Both the position numbers and the translations under genes were made by a program. A stretch of DNA of 64,000 nt from Mobula hypostoma (lineage: Eukaryota). Numbering within the stretch: the stretch's first letter is position 1; every line of letters begins with the position of its first letter. The stretch is taken from contig NC_086104.1 of assembly GCF_963921235.1 (NCBI RefSeq), forward strand, positions 20,956,001 to 21,020,000, in the 5' to 3' direction. Below are positions 1-14,549 of the stretch, piece after piece. The notes under the pieces were generated by a model, which was not told the origin of the DNA, searched no databases, and saw only the letters and a list, made by a program, of their open reading frames with translations.

Positions 1-980
1 AGAGTAGTGGATGTGCAGAACACACTGCCATGGGGGCAGTTACATTAGTGGCATTTAAAAAACTCTGAATAATATAAAAAATGGTGTGTTATGTAGGTGG
101 GAAGGATTAAGTGGATTTTAAGCAGTCAGTACAACTTTATGGGCCAAAGAGCCTGTATTGTGTTATAATGTTCTATTTTCAATGTAATCAAATTCACTAA
201 AGCAGGTCACTCTGCACAGTGTAAAGCATATCAAAAATTGATGTGAGTTTAATTGCAAAATATTTTTTTGTTTAAATAACTTAAAATTTAAAAGCCTGGA
301 ATGGTCACTTGCCAGAGCTTCAAGAAAATGTTCTTTTTCATTACTTCATTTTCTCTTGTAATTCAGATTTATAAACACACCCACTACTTCAATATGCAAG
401 GTCCTCCCAGTTTAAGAATGCTTGACTTTGGAGAATACATACATATGGACAAACATTTGGGAGAGCAGTGGGATGGATCTGCCAGCTGCTGCAGTAATCT
501 TTAACAAATAGTTAACAGGAATGGAATTCTGCTGTAACCTGTGGAGGGCCTATACTTGTAAGTAATTTTTAACAATGAGCATCACTTTTGCACCTCAGGA
601 ACTTAAACATTGAATTTTCTTTTGTGATAAATCATCATTAATGAAGAAATGGTGGTGTGCCTCATAACTTACCCCAAACGTTAAACAAGTTTGTTTATAT
701 ATATTTCAGGAGTATACTAGGCTTAATCAGTGGAATGAAAAGAAACTGCAGCAGTTTTTTATCCATTTTCACATAGAATCCAAGACGTTTGGCCATTTTC
801 TTCAATTGTACATATTTACTCCACCACCCAAATTTAACCAAGTATTTAAAAATAATTTGAAATCAAATGAAATTGTGCAAATAACCTCGATACTATGAAA
901 AAGGTGCATTCTAAAGTTATAGCCAATACATCTAGGTAAGAATATTAAAGAAAATGTAACTACAAACATCTTATTTGCAG

Positions 981-986
981 TTTATT
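981..986 (-). terminator. Candidate YIPF4 polyadenylation signal AATAAA
   Basis: TTTATT on the plus strand, ~630 nt past the stop, in an AT-rich 3' UTR without obvious repeats. Confidence 0.35.
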
Positions 987-1617
987 TTACAAATGCCTAT
1001 GTTACTATTTTTTCCTATACAACAGCCAGTCAGCAGCTAAAGATAATCCAAGCGAAGGCACCCAACTTAAATTTCATTAAGAATTTGAACTCATCTACAC
1101 AAATTGAAGTTTTAAAATGCCTGGAATATATCCGTTTGCATTAAATAGATAAAATGTATCTACAGAATCAATTACACTTATTTTAATCTCATAAAACTGC
1201 ACATTTTAAAAAGTACAATTTCAAAATAATAATGCCTTAACTTTAATTTTTCTTCTCTTTAGGATGTTTCAGAATTTGTCAGAAATGCTTTTCCTTGGTT
1301 ATATCTTTCTTGATACTTTGGCACAGAGACTCAGCACTGTCCATATTCCATTGCATATTAAATTGATTGCAGCCGTCTCCTTTAGAAGCCATTTCCACAC
1401 AAACCAAAACAGCTTTAAAATACGAATTAAATACACATTTATGTAGCTGCTAAACACCAGAAGGTGTTTAAACCTTAGAACTAAGCTTTTAGACCCCAAA
1501 ATAACCACTTGCTGAAGAGGAAGAAATTCATTTTCTCTTTTAGGTAGAGTCATTAGCACTTCTTCCGAAACAATTGCCTTGTCACAGTCCTTATCCAACA
1601 GTCAGAGCCTTGGAATC

Positions 1618-1782
<165 letters not shown>

Positions 1783-3127
1783 TCACCTGCTCAATCATGC
1801 TCATTTCAGACTCTGTTAGGATCACTTGGTCAGTTCCAGATCTCAATGTAAATTAAGTCCAAGCATGGATAAAGAAACCCAAACTGCAAAGACAGTACAG
1901 GTGGCTGCCACCAGCATTGTGCTGAGTGCAGCATCAAAAGCTTCCAGTAAAATCAAAGACAATGAGGATCAAGGAAAATATCCTGAAGTTACACACTTTG
2001 ATGCTGGATTTTCCACAAAATGCAAGGTTTTGACAATTCATCGCCACTTTGTGGAGAACCTATATTAGGTTGGACTGGGCGCAGGATGTTACTACAGCGT
2101 CTCCACTGCTAGGTGTGGCAAAAGTCTTTATTGATTCCAATGGAGAGGAACTGTTGCAATTTGTTAAATCACATTTTGTTTGTAGTGCTTCAGATTTTAA
2201 ATATAAAAACTATCAACTTCAAATAGTTTCAACAGTACTTCAAAGTTTGAATATTTTTGAATCGAGGCAAGCAATTTATCTGGCTGCTGAAGATTTAATT
2301 TTTATATTTTTGGAGGCAAGGCACATATTTTGCCATATTTGCAACCCATACAACCCCATTAAGCCAGGTCCAGCACCTCACAGTGAGAGATCGTGCCAGT
2401 TCTGATCCACAAATAACTGCACTCTGTCATTATTATCCACAGATTCGCTGTCTGTAGATCTGTGTATTTACAAGGTCAGCCTCAGGCCCCATCTCAATTT
2501 CTGTTCAAATATATCAATGTTAATGTACCCACTGAGGAAACAACTGTGGTTTATACAAATGCAATGATCAGCTTCCAGGCACATGCCAAATGACTTTCTT
2601 CTGTATTCATTACAGAGCGGCTTTTATACACATATGTAACTTAATATTTCAAAAATCAATCACTGTTTGCAACTTTCAAAGGAAATAATTTTGTTAGCTA
2701 ATATTTCCTTTATATATTTGAAGAATTTAACATACATATTAATGCATGCTAAAGCTTCTTGAACATTACAGTGGAGACAGGGTCCTCAGGCAGGATTGAC
2801 ACAAACATGTCAACAATTCTTCCCCTTCCCTCACTTCCTGCTGATGCTGCTCAACACGCCAAGTTCTTTCAAAAGGCAATTGCATTTTTATTTGGAGGTG
2901 TAATGGTTGTAAGGAACTTCTTAGTGGCATATGTGATTTTTGTTTCCGGATATTTGTGCCCCTTTCTCTCACGGATAACAAGGAATTATTTGGTGCTATT
3001 CCCTGACAGGGAAGGACTAACATCATTTAATAGCAAATCGTCATGGTTCACTGAACAGCACAGACTCCCGGGCTAAATCTCTGCATAACAATCACATCTT
3101 TTTTAACTAGCAAGGTTATAATTTTCA

Positions 3128-3433
<306 letters not shown>

Positions 3434-3810
3434 CTATAAATAATAACAACTGTATGTTTAGTTCAAGACAATATTTTCATTCTACCAACAATTTAACTTT
3501 TTTTGAACAATTGACATAAAGGAAGATTATAAAGATTGGAAACAGAACAAAAATTCTTCAGAAGAATCAGAATCAGATTTAGTATCACTGTGAAATATCA
3601 TGAAATTTGTTTTGTGACAGTAGCACAGTACAATACATGGATTCATTGTCCATTCAGAAATCTGATGGCAGAGGGGAAGAAGCTGTTCCTAAAACGTTGA
3701 ATGTGTGTCTTCAAGCTCCCATACCTCCTCCTTGATGGTAACAATGAGAAGACCCCTTGTCCTGGGTGATGGGGGTCCTTAATGATGGATGCAGTTTTTT
3801 TGATCTTGAT

Positions 3811-3890
3811 CAGAGGTTCCCAATCTATTTTATGCCATGGACCCCAACTATTAACCGAGGGGTCTGCAGACCCCAGGTTGGGAACCCATG
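3811..3890. mobile_element. 80-bp hAT-type MITE
   Basis: TIRs CAGAGGTTCCCAA / TTGGGAACCCATG; no clear TSD. Confidence 0.65.
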
Positions 3891-4812
3891 TCCTGAGTAC
3901 TGGGGATGTGTTTGATTTGCCCCCTTTTTATTAGCCATTTGATTATGTCCCCTTGAAGATTTCCTCGATACTGAGGAAAGTATCCAAGATGGAGTTGGCA
4001 ACTTTCTGCAGCCATTTCCAATCCTATGCAGTGGTCCCTCCATACTAGGCAGCAATGCAACCAGTTAGAATGCTCCTCTCAGAAGATCTATAGAAATTTG
4101 CTAGATTCTTTCTTGACATACCAAGTCTCATCGAACTCCTAATGAAATATACCCCCTTTTCATGCCTTCTTTGTAATTGCATCACTATGTTGAGCCCAGG
4201 ACAGGTCTCAGAGATGCTGATACCCAGGAACATGACATTGCTCACCCTTTCCACTGCTGATTCCTTGATGAGGACTGGTGTTGTTTCCTTGACTTCCCCT
4301 TCTTGAAGTCCACATTCCTTAGTCTTACTGATATTGTGTGTAAGCTTGCTGTTGTTATGACACCACTCAACCAGCTGATCTATCTCACTCCTGTATGCCT
4401 CCTTGTCACCATCTGAGAATCTGCCAACAATAGTTGTCATCGGCAAACTTACAGATGGCATTTGAGCTGTGCCTAGCCACACAGTTGTGGGTGTAGAGAG
4501 AGTAGAGCAGTGGGCTAAGCACGCAACCTTGAGCTGCGCTGGTGTTAGTTGTCAGCAAAGAGTTGTTATTTCCAATCCACACTGTCTGTAGTCTCTTGAT
4601 GGGGAAATCAAAGATTCATTTGGAAAGGGAGATACAGAGGTGCAAGTTTTAGAGCTGGTTGATTCATACTGAGGAGATGGTGTTGATCACTGAGCTATAA
4701 TCAATATAATAGCAGTCTGATGTAGATATTCCTATTGTCCAGGTTTTGAGCCAGTGAAATTACATCTGCTGTTGACCTATTGTAGCAGGTCCAGGTCCAT
4801 GACCAACTTCTC

Positions 4813-5131
4813 TTTTTTTTTGGCGTGTGCCTGTGTGTGAGTCTATGCGTGTGCGTCTGCGTGTCTGTGCATGTGTCTGTGATGATGGATTTTTCATGGC
4901 TTTCTTACAAGACGCGGAGCGAGAGAGAGAGAGACTGCGTGGCGCGCCACTTCCCACACAGACATTTTTCACAGCATTTTCCCCTTTGTTTTATGAGGTC
5001 GAGTTGCGATCTCGACACTCAACCCGGCAGGGATGGAAAGCGTACTCGGGGGCAAACCCAACTAGTTTCGAACTCCGGAACCTCCGCTCCCGGGTCTGGC
5101 GCCGATGTCGTTGCGCCACCAGCCGGCCCAT
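4813..5131 (-). mobile_element. Young tRNA-derived SINE with 15-bp TSD
   Basis: TSD CATGACCAACTTCTC at 4798-4812 and 5132-5146; A-box-like TGGCGCAACG, B-box GTTCGAAAC; A9 tail; CpG-rich. Confidence 0.85.
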
Positions 5132-7014
5132 CATGACCAACTTCTCAAAGCACTTCATCAGAGTAGATGTGAGTGCAAATGGGCAATTCACCCTGCTCTT
5201 CTTAGGCACTGGTATGACTGCCACTCTTTAGAAGCTGACAGTAGCAATGAGAAGTTGAAGATATCCTTGAACAATCCCATCATCTAGTTGGCACAAGTTT
5301 TCAGTGACCCACCAGGGTCTGATGCCTTGCAAGGATTTACCCACTAGAAAGATGTTCTGATATCAGCCTCCAAGACAGAGATCACAGGGTTACCAGATGC
5401 TGCAGGGATTCTCCCTTTCAAAGCTTCACAAAAGGCATTGAGCTCATTGAGCAGTGAAGCATCACAGCCATTCAAGTTAGGTTTTGCCTGCAAACTCTTC
5501 CAGAACTGATTCTACTTCTAAACTCCATTAAAATTGTGGTTTTGCTCTTAAATAGATTTCCATAGACTTGACTTCTTGTATAGTTCTGGATCACTGGTGT
5601 TGAATGCTAACAGTTCCCCAGACTGCAAATCACCTGGTTCATAAAGGGGTTTTGGTTTGTGTCTGTCCGGTATGTTCTTGAAGGCACACACACATCCACA
5701 TAAGTCTTGATGAAGTCGGTGACAACTGTGGCATATTCATTTAGATTTGACTATGAATCCCTATATATTGTCTAGTCCACCGATTCAAAACATTCCTGTA
5801 AGCACTCCTCTGCCTCCCTTGTCCATAGCTTCGTGGTCTTCACCACTGGTGCTGCAGTTCTCAGTCTCTGCCTCTACGCTGGGAGTAGAACAGCCAGGTG
5901 ATCAGACTTGCCCAAAGCGCAGATGTGGGATGGCACGTTAAGTGTTCTTGATGGTGGTGTAACAGCAGTCAAGTGGGTTGGCTCCGCTGGTTCCACGGAT
6001 GGTATGTTGGTGGTAGTTGGTCAGAGACTTCAAGCTGGCCTGGTTAAATATCGAATTCTCAGTTTGATCCATACCATGAAAGCAGTAATTGCAAAAATTC
6101 TAGTTTACTATCAAAAGTGCAGTAATAAAATGTAGGTCAGTATTTTAATTCATTCTTAAAAAGATGGACATTACTGCAAGGCTGCATTTATTGCCCAGCT
6201 CTTCTTGCTTAGGAAGATGTCACAGGATTTCATCTAAAATAACTGCAATTTCTGGTGTTAAGGGACAGTCAGAATGCTATGGCATCTGCCCAATAACAAA
6301 GGATTGGCAGTCTGTGTCAAAATTAGTGTTCCACTTGGAGAACTTGGGTGTGGAGGCTGCAGGTTTTGCAAGTGCAGGTTTTGCAAGAGCATCGACCCAT
6401 AACAGCTGCTGATGAACTGCCAATCAAATGGACTGCTTTGTGCTGGATGACAATTATTACAGCTGCATCCATCCAGGCAAGAGCATCATGTACCTTCATA
6501 CTACCAACTTGCTTCTTATAGGTAGAAAGCTTTTGGTAATAAGGAAATTAATCACTTTGTTTAGCTGAAAGATTCAACAAAATCTGCAATAACTCAGATA
6601 GCATATTTTTATGGTGCTACAAAGTATATCTACATCTAACTCAGACTCCCATTACTGAATGATGTGCATTATGCTTCAGGAATAACCGCTGAAAAAATAG
6701 CTTCAGGAACAGCAAAAATTTGTGAAGAAAGACGGGGTGCAATTTCACCTATTCTTTTCATTAATTGGATATTGAGATTTGTACTTAAACTCCCATGTAT
6801 TAGGAAATTTATCAGTATTGAAAATTCAGTTCTAACGGCATACAGTTTTTTGGAGGAAGAATATAAAAAAAATTCTAGATCTTACTTGCAAAAAACTTAG
6901 TTCCAATTAATATATATTGTCCAGTTATTCTGAATTCCTCCACTCGGGAAACACATGCATTTTATCCATCTTATCAATATCCCCATTATTTGCGGATCCA
7001 GAAAGTTTGCATCA

Positions 7015-7281
<267 letters not shown>

Positions 7282-10200
7282 TTATTAAAAAGAAAGATTC
7301 CAACACCATCAGGAGCCAGGCCACAAAAGGGCATCTCCTAACCATTTAAATATTTTGTTGCAACCACAAGAATGAGTTTATAAAAATTATTTAGTTTTAT
7401 AAAGACAGCATGTAACTGAATGCTCAGTTGGGCAATATAGTGAAATTGCAAATTAATAATCCAGAGACCCATATTCAAATCTAAGTACAGTGTTAAATTA
7501 ACATTTTATTAATAATCACAAATTTAAAAACAATTCCACTAGCAATGATTACCATGAAACTATGATATAATTTCAAAATCTCAACTAATTCTCTGACATC
7601 CTTCATGGGAGAAAATATGCAGCTTAACTACTTTGGAGAAACTGGAATCAGATATAGACTCAGTTTTAAAATGGACTGAACAATGGCCAGCTTGGTGTTG
7701 GAAAAGTGGGTCCTTTGGAGGGTAGAAGGAAGTAAACTAGTAGTGCAGCACAGGGATCAGGTAATGGCCCACAATTTACATTAATGACCTGGAATAGTGT
7801 GGAAGATTTCCAAATTTGCTCATGATGCAAAAATCAGTGGAAAGACACATTGTGATGAAAAGTACTATGATTCTGCTGCAGGAGATAGCAAGTAGGCAGA
7901 ATGCTGGCAAATGGAATTTAATTTCAAATCATAATGAAGGGAGACTGCAAGTGAGTAAAGCACAGAGCGATTTCAATTCAATTCAAGTTTAATTGCCATT
8001 TAACACATTACCAACAGTTACACACAGTAAGCACACACAAGACCACAATCATACAATAAGTCCAGAGGCCCACTTCCAACACCACCCCTTCCCCCCGCGA
8101 AACCGTGGCTTGATGTATGCAAGACAGCAAACCCATATAGAATATCAGTAAAAAATACAATGACGCATCATACGCATGAGTCCAGATCCGCCCGACCACC
8201 AATATTATGTCGACTGGCCCCTGATGCCCACTAGGCAAATCCGTGGCTTTGAGGCTCAGTCCTTGAATATACAAGAACACATAGACTATTAGCAAAAACT
8301 CCGTCAGACAAATATATATGTACATAGTCCAGGTGCTTCAGTCCATTTTAAATCTCACGTCACCACAAATGTGCTATGCTGCCCCCAGCAGAGCGCGATG
8401 GCTTGTATGCCTCTCCTTCAGCAGCTGAAAAGCAAGCGACTCGAGTCCACTGAGTGCAGCTAAAAAAATCTGCAGTCGGCCACAACAGAGCTTGTCTTCT
8501 GCTGAGCGAAATCCTAGGAGGGCAGCTCCGACTCCGTTCTGGACACCGTGCCGACCCCCACTCCCCCCCACCGGGTGAAGCACAATGAGCGAGCTGCAAA
8601 CAGGTGACAGCAAATCCCCATTTGCTGCCTTCCTCTTACTGTTCAGACATCATACTCTGCAAATCCAATCTGTTTATTTCTTGCAATTTAACATTCTGTA
8701 CTTCTTCACCGTGGTTTCCAATGATGGTTGAGTACCTGTTTTGCAGGACACCTTTTTTCAGTCTTAAGTATGATTCTATTGGTTGTCTTCCACTTGCAGT
8801 TGCCATTCTGACCTGCCTCCAATACTTTTCTAGGGGAGTCAATAAATGCTTGAAGAACAACTCATCTTCAAATAGTCACATGATTTAGCATTTTCTAAAT
8901 TTCAGATAACTAGCAAATTCAGCTTTTGCATCTCACATTCCCAGTTTTAATTTTTTTTTTTGCAGATAATTTTGTCTTCAATTCACATCTTCTCCAGACC
9001 TACTGCGTTATTTCTGAAATGGCTTTTTCCATTTAATTTCAGACCTTTCAGCATGTAATCTTTCCTGTCCTCAATTCCATCACAGACACCCTTTTGTTGC
9101 CTCTCTTTTGTTTTAAGGTTTTACTTCTTTTTTCCGCTAGTTCTGATTTCAAAAAACTCTCAAGTAATAACTATTTCTCTCACTACAGGAGTTATATTAC
9201 TTGCTCAATACTCCATACTTTTTGTTGTAAATCCAGTAATCAAGTATTAGTCATACTTGATCAGTAGTGGAATGGACCTGAAAATTGTGCAGATCAAAGT
9301 TTTATTGATCAAGTAAACATAGTAATTTGCCATGTGTCATATACATAAGTAGTGGTCTTTAATTGAAAATTTTCAAGTTTCCTACTACCCAATACTAGAC
9401 TGAAGGCTCTGGCAATCCAGCATATGTAAATTGTGTTATAGTTCAGCAACTTCAATGTGTACAAAACATGGGTCTGCTTTTTAAGGGCACAGTGTGCTGC
9501 TGAAATCTCAAGTTTTAAGATTTGCTTGTATTTAGTTATAAACGTCTATTCAGTGATGATTCTTAGGCTTGTTCAATGGATAATTAGAAGAGGGGAAGCA
9601 TATTAACATTGTTAAGGATTGTTGTGGAGATTATCTGAAAAAATAATGAAAAATGTTGGAAATATTCAACATGCCAGGCAGCATCTATGGAGAGATAAGA
9701 GTAGTTAATGGCAAACATTGCCCTATCTCTCTTCTGAACACATTATGGAATGTGCTTTAATTTGTGATGTACTTTGTCCTGTTGCTTGTTTTTATCTTGG
9801 AGGGTGAATCAGAGCAGGTGCTTTCCCTGATATTTTCTTATGACATTTGTCATGATCTTTTTGCTACTCAGCAGACTGCCTCTTAACTTGAAAGCCTTCT
9901 TATTCATCTTTGAGTCTGGGCATAGCTGGCAAGGCATCATTTTATGGACCATTAGTGATCACACATGAACCTCTGGAGGACTGCGATTTGTGGCTCTGGA
10001 GACGAACGTGGGGGGGGGGGGGAGGAGAAGAGAAATCGGAGGGCGGTGCCTCTCAGAAGATCTCTGGCTGTGTGCCCAGACAGCAGAGATCTTTGGGCAC
10101 AGAGCTCAGAAAAAAGTGACGCAATCGACTTTTAACATCGTAAACCAGTGAGTTGCTTGTTATGTCTCCCCTCTCCCTGTGAAACGGAGACACCTCTTTC

Positions 10201-10491
10201 TCCCTTATAAGGGAAAGAGAGAGCCTGTGGTATGTCAAATACCAGGTGAACAAGTAGTCACTGAGGCTAAGTCGGCGTCTTTGCTGTTACTTTGCTCACA
10301 CCTGAGTGCCGATGTTTTTTTTTGCCGGTAGGGGGAGGGGGGAATTGTTGCTTGCTGCTGCTTACACACGGGAGGGGGGAGCTGGGAGGGACTTTGGGGT
10401 TCTAACATTTAACTGTCATTCATTCTTTGGGGGTACTCCGTTTTCGTGGATGGTTGCGAAGAAAAAGCATTTCAGGATGTATATTGTATAC

Positions 10492-13400
10492 TAGCGGTTG
10501 CCAACCGGTCAGTCGATCTTTGAGACTTTCCCAATAGATCCCCAAAAAAAAGAAAAATAAATACACAAATACATTATGCCTGACAAACCTTTTGATGAAA
10601 AGCAAATTTTACCCCTGCAGCGCATATGTGAGTCATATACAGTAACTTCTACTTTGGAAACGGACCACTCGACAACTTCATGTCCAAAGGAACAACTTTA
10701 TCTGGGACGGCAAAACCAATGCAGCAGAGAGGCTTATACACACATGCGCAGAAAAGACCGGAAGTAAAACCCCACAACCCCGGAAACAGCCTCTGTTTAC
10801 AAACAGCTTTCTGTAGCGGGAATATTGCTATATTACCATTATCCTAATTGGTATTAAGTTATCTTTATAATGGTCACATTACAACACTTTTAATTCTAAG
10901 TTTTATTATTTAATTTTATTTCAACACGAAAAATAAATGAATAAAAATTGACTGTTGCACTCAGTGTGATGACTGGGGCTGAATACTTTCTCCTAGTTCC
11001 CTGAAATTTGGCTCATAACTACAGACAGCCAGTCTGAGACAGTCTGTCAGTAAGACAGCTCCTGTACTTAGATTTAATAATTTTCCTCTGTGAAAATGCA
11101 ATTTCACACAGATAAGTTGACCCGAAGTAGGCACTAACTTTTAGTGCACGTGTGGTGAGATGAGGAAAGACTCCCTGACAAGCCCCCAAAAGTCACCGTC
11201 CCTTGATCTTGTTTTAAGCTCGATGTCATTTTGCAAATCAATTATTTCCATTTCAATATCACTTGGCATACCAATTACTTGCCGAAATTTGGCGGCTATC
11301 TGTTCTATATTGATCGGCAGAAATGGGTTTGAAATAAATGCAGCAATATCTTTCATGACTCCCCAAAATGCCGATCGAACTCCATTGCCAGTTTGTCTAG
11401 GTAAGCACAATACTGCTCAGGGCGAAAAGCATTTTTTTCCTTGATGGCCTATAACAGTTTCTCCAAGTTGGGAAAGTGTGTCAGCCTCCCGTTCTTTAAA
11501 TTTGAAATCCAAACACCGAGCTTGGCCTTAAACACATTTACTGCACTTATCATGTGGGGCAGGTGTTGGTCTTTTCCCATGAGCTCGCTGTTAAGTGCGT
11601 TTAATTTAGCCGTTAGGTCTGTCAGAAACCCAAAATCCAGTAGTCACGCATCATCTGACAGTTCGTCGTGGCCTCATTTCTTTATCTCAGGCAGCAAGTC
11701 AACAAACCGTTGCAGCACAGCGCCCTCGCAAACCTCCTGACAGACTGAATATTCGAATGGACAGTTTCCTTTGTTAGACTGAATGTTGAATCTGCCACGT
11801 TTTTCCAGTGTTTTGTATTGGTAAGCTGTTACTGAGACACCAGTATTAAGTTTCAGGTTGGAATTTAAAGGGGGAGATGTGCTGTAATGTGAGCATTATA
11901 AAGATAAGTTAACATCAATTAGGATAATGTTAATATAGCAATACTCCCGGTACGGAAAGCTGTTTGTAAACCGAGGCTGTTTCCGGGGTTGCGGTGTTTT
12001 ATTTCCGGTCTTTTCTGTGCATGTGTGTATAAGCCCCTCTGCTGCATTGGTTTTGCCATCCCAGATAAAGTTATTCCTTTGGACATGAAGTTGTCAAGTG
12101 GTCCTTTTTCAAAGTAGAAGTTACTACAAAAGGTATGAAGTACTGTAATATTCTTAAAGAAAGACAGCTATGGCCTGTTTGATATGCTAGTTACAGTGTT
12201 TTCTTGGTTGAATTAATTTGAAAGTTTGACAAAAGCATTTTATGTAATTCAAATACAATTAGCCCAAATAAACGGCCTCAAGTTGGAAGTACAATCTGAG
12301 TTGTTTTTTCTCTAAACCATTTAGTATGTTTGAGGATGTAACTAGTAGAGTGGATAGGGGAGAACCAGTGGATGTGGTATATTTGGATTTTCAAAAGGCT
12401 TTTGACAAGGTCCCACATAGGAGATTAGTGTGCAAACTTAAAGCACACGGTATTGGGGGTAAGGTATTGGTGTGGGTGGAGAATTGGTTAGCAGACAGGA
12501 AGCAAAGAGTGGGAATAAACGGGACCTTTTCAGAATGGCAGGCGGTGACTAGTGGGGTACCGCAAGGCTCAGTGCTGGGACCCCAGTTGTTTACAATATA
12601 TATTAATGACTTGGATGAGGGAATTAAATGCAGCATCTCCAAGTTTGCGGATGACACGAAGCTGGGTGGCAGTGTTAGCAGTGAGGAGGATGCTAAGAGG
12701 ATGCAGGGTGACTTGGATAGGTTGGGTGAGTGGGCAAACTCATGGCAGATGCAATTTAATGTGGATAAATGTGAAGTTATCCACTTTGGTGGCAAAAATA
12801 GGAAAACAGATTATTATCTGAATGGTGGCCGATTAGGAAAAGGGGAGGTGCAACGAGACCTGGGTGTCATTATACACCAGTCATTGAAAGTGGGCATGCA
12901 GGTACAGCAGGCGGTGAAAAAGGCGAACGGTATGCTGGCATTTATAGCGAGAGGATTCGAGTACAGGAGCAGGGAGGTACTACTGCAGTTGTACAAGGCC
13001 TTGGTGAGACCACACCTGGAGTATTGTGTGCAGTTTTGGTCCCCTAATCTGAGGAAAGACATCTTTGCCATAGAGGGAGTACAAAGAAGGTTCACCAGAT
13101 TGATTCCTGGGATGGCAAGTCTTTCATATGAAGAAAGACTGGATGAACTGGGCTTGTACTCGTTGGAATTTAGAAGATTGAGGGGGGATCTGATTGAAAC
13201 GTATAAGATCCTAAAGGGATTGGACAGGCTAGATGCAGGAAGATTGTTCCCGATGTTGGGGAGGTCTAGAACGAGGGGTCACAGTTTGAGGATAGAGGGG
13301 AAGCCTTTTAGGACCGAGGTTAGGAAAAACTTCTTCACACAGAGAGTGGTGAATCTGTGGAATTCTCTGCCACAGCAAACTGTTGAGGCCAGTTCATTAG

Positions 13401-13649
13401 CTATGTTTAAAAGGAAGTTAGATATGGCCCTTGTGGCTACAGGGGTCAGGGGGTATGGAGGGAAGGCTGGGTTCTGAGTTGGATGATCAGCCATGATCAT
13501 AATAAATGGCGGTGCAGGCTCGAAGGGCCGAATGGCCTACTCCTGCACCTATTTTCTATGTTTCTATGTTTCTATGTTTCTATGTAGATCTTGCCTTTCA
13601 CTACAGCCGAGGTAGGGGATCTTGGGCTTAAAAAGGTTGGCGACCACTA
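10492..13649 (-). mobile_element. hAT (Charlie/SPIN/GTF2IRD2-like) DNA transposon remnant
   Basis: TIRs TAGCGGTTGCCAACC / GGTTGGCGACCACTA; 8-bp TSD TTGTATAC/TTGTACAC; minus-strand transposase remnants FLTDLTAKLNALN, MEIIDLQND, FGSTYLCENAFS...KSKYRS. Confidence 0.88.
12326..13584 (+). mobile_element. 5'-truncated young CR1 LINE: open 383-aa RT fragment plus 3' UTR
   Basis: [25 protein letters not shown] motifs; no stops; 3' stem-loop and (TTTCTATG)4 tail. Confidence 0.95.
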
Positions 13650-14314
13650 TTGTACACCTTCGTCTGACATTAAATGTACCTTTGAAACTTTTGAATTGAA
13701 TTTAGCCAGAATCCATCTGGACCAGAAAACGAGCAAAGACTCAAGAAGCAGCACAACACCTGATCAAATCGCTGCTTTGCTTTCTTGCATCACTGGAGAT
13801 GCTAAGTCTATGTTGAAAATCCAATAATCACACACATGACTTTTTGACATAACCATCCTTTGTGTTGATTCCATCTTCAATCCTGTTTCAGTGGTTCCAT
13901 TTAATATCAGAGAACTTTTACAATATACAACCTGAAATTCTTACTCTTGACAGACAGCCTCGAAACAGAAGAAAACCCCAAAGAATGAATGACAGAAAAA
14001 AATTTAAAAACCCCAAAGCCCCCTCCCACACACAGGCAGCATCAATCCTCCCCCCTCCCCTCGCCCCCACTTTTGTCTGTCTGATATAGAGGTATAAATC
14101 GCTAGTGATGACCACAAAGGTGCTTTGATGGAGAAACATTTGAGCAGAAAGCCACATGCCCTATAAACGCCTTGTTATTTAGATAAATAGTTGTCACTCA
14201 GTAACATTGTTACATTAAAGGGATCAGGGGAAAAGACTTAGCTTTTATGAACAAATTCTCTAGGATTTCCTTTCCATTTAACAGCCTGCTTGAAAAATTC
14301 AACACTAACATTGA

Positions 14315-14545
14315 AGGTAGCACAGCAGCATAGCAGTTAGTGCAATGCTTTATAGCACCAACGACTAGGGTTCAATTCCCACCACTGCCTGTAAGGAGAC
14401 TGTACGTTCTTCGCGTGACCTTGTGGTTTCCTCCTGGTGCTCGTTTTTTCCCAGATCCTAAAGAGGTATGCATTAATAGGGTTAATCGATCTCATGGGTG
14501 TTCTTGGGTGGTGCAACTCCTTGAGCCAGAAGAGCCTGTTACTCT
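14315..14545 (+). mobile_element. tRNA-derived SINE (V-SINE-like)
   Basis: B-box GGTTCAATTCC and V-domain-like core; related copies near 18440-18690(-), 31185-31455(+), 34740-34970(-), 61580-61750(-). Confidence 0.65.
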
Positions 14546-14549
14546 ACTG

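Larger units (their letters stand above)
3560..6060 (-). mobile_element. Degenerate LINE fragments (L2/Rex-Babar-like RT)
   Basis: ORF remnants TTIVGRFSDGDKEAYRSEIDQLVEWC...ISKTKE and FALTSTLMKCFEKLV; interrupted by a MITE and a SINE. Confidence 0.75.

Noticed and set aside
5050-5131. tRNA gene
   Set aside because: The A and B boxes belong to a SINE head bounded by a TSD; I could not fold a cloverleaf.
8636-8860. 74-aa minus-strand ORF in YIPF4 intron 2 as an extra exon
   Set aside because: No recognisable homology, and YIPF4 is complete and in frame without it.
12326-13477. 383-aa reverse transcriptase as a host gene
   Set aside because: 5'-truncated CR1 ORF2 with a typical tail; the ATG is incidental.
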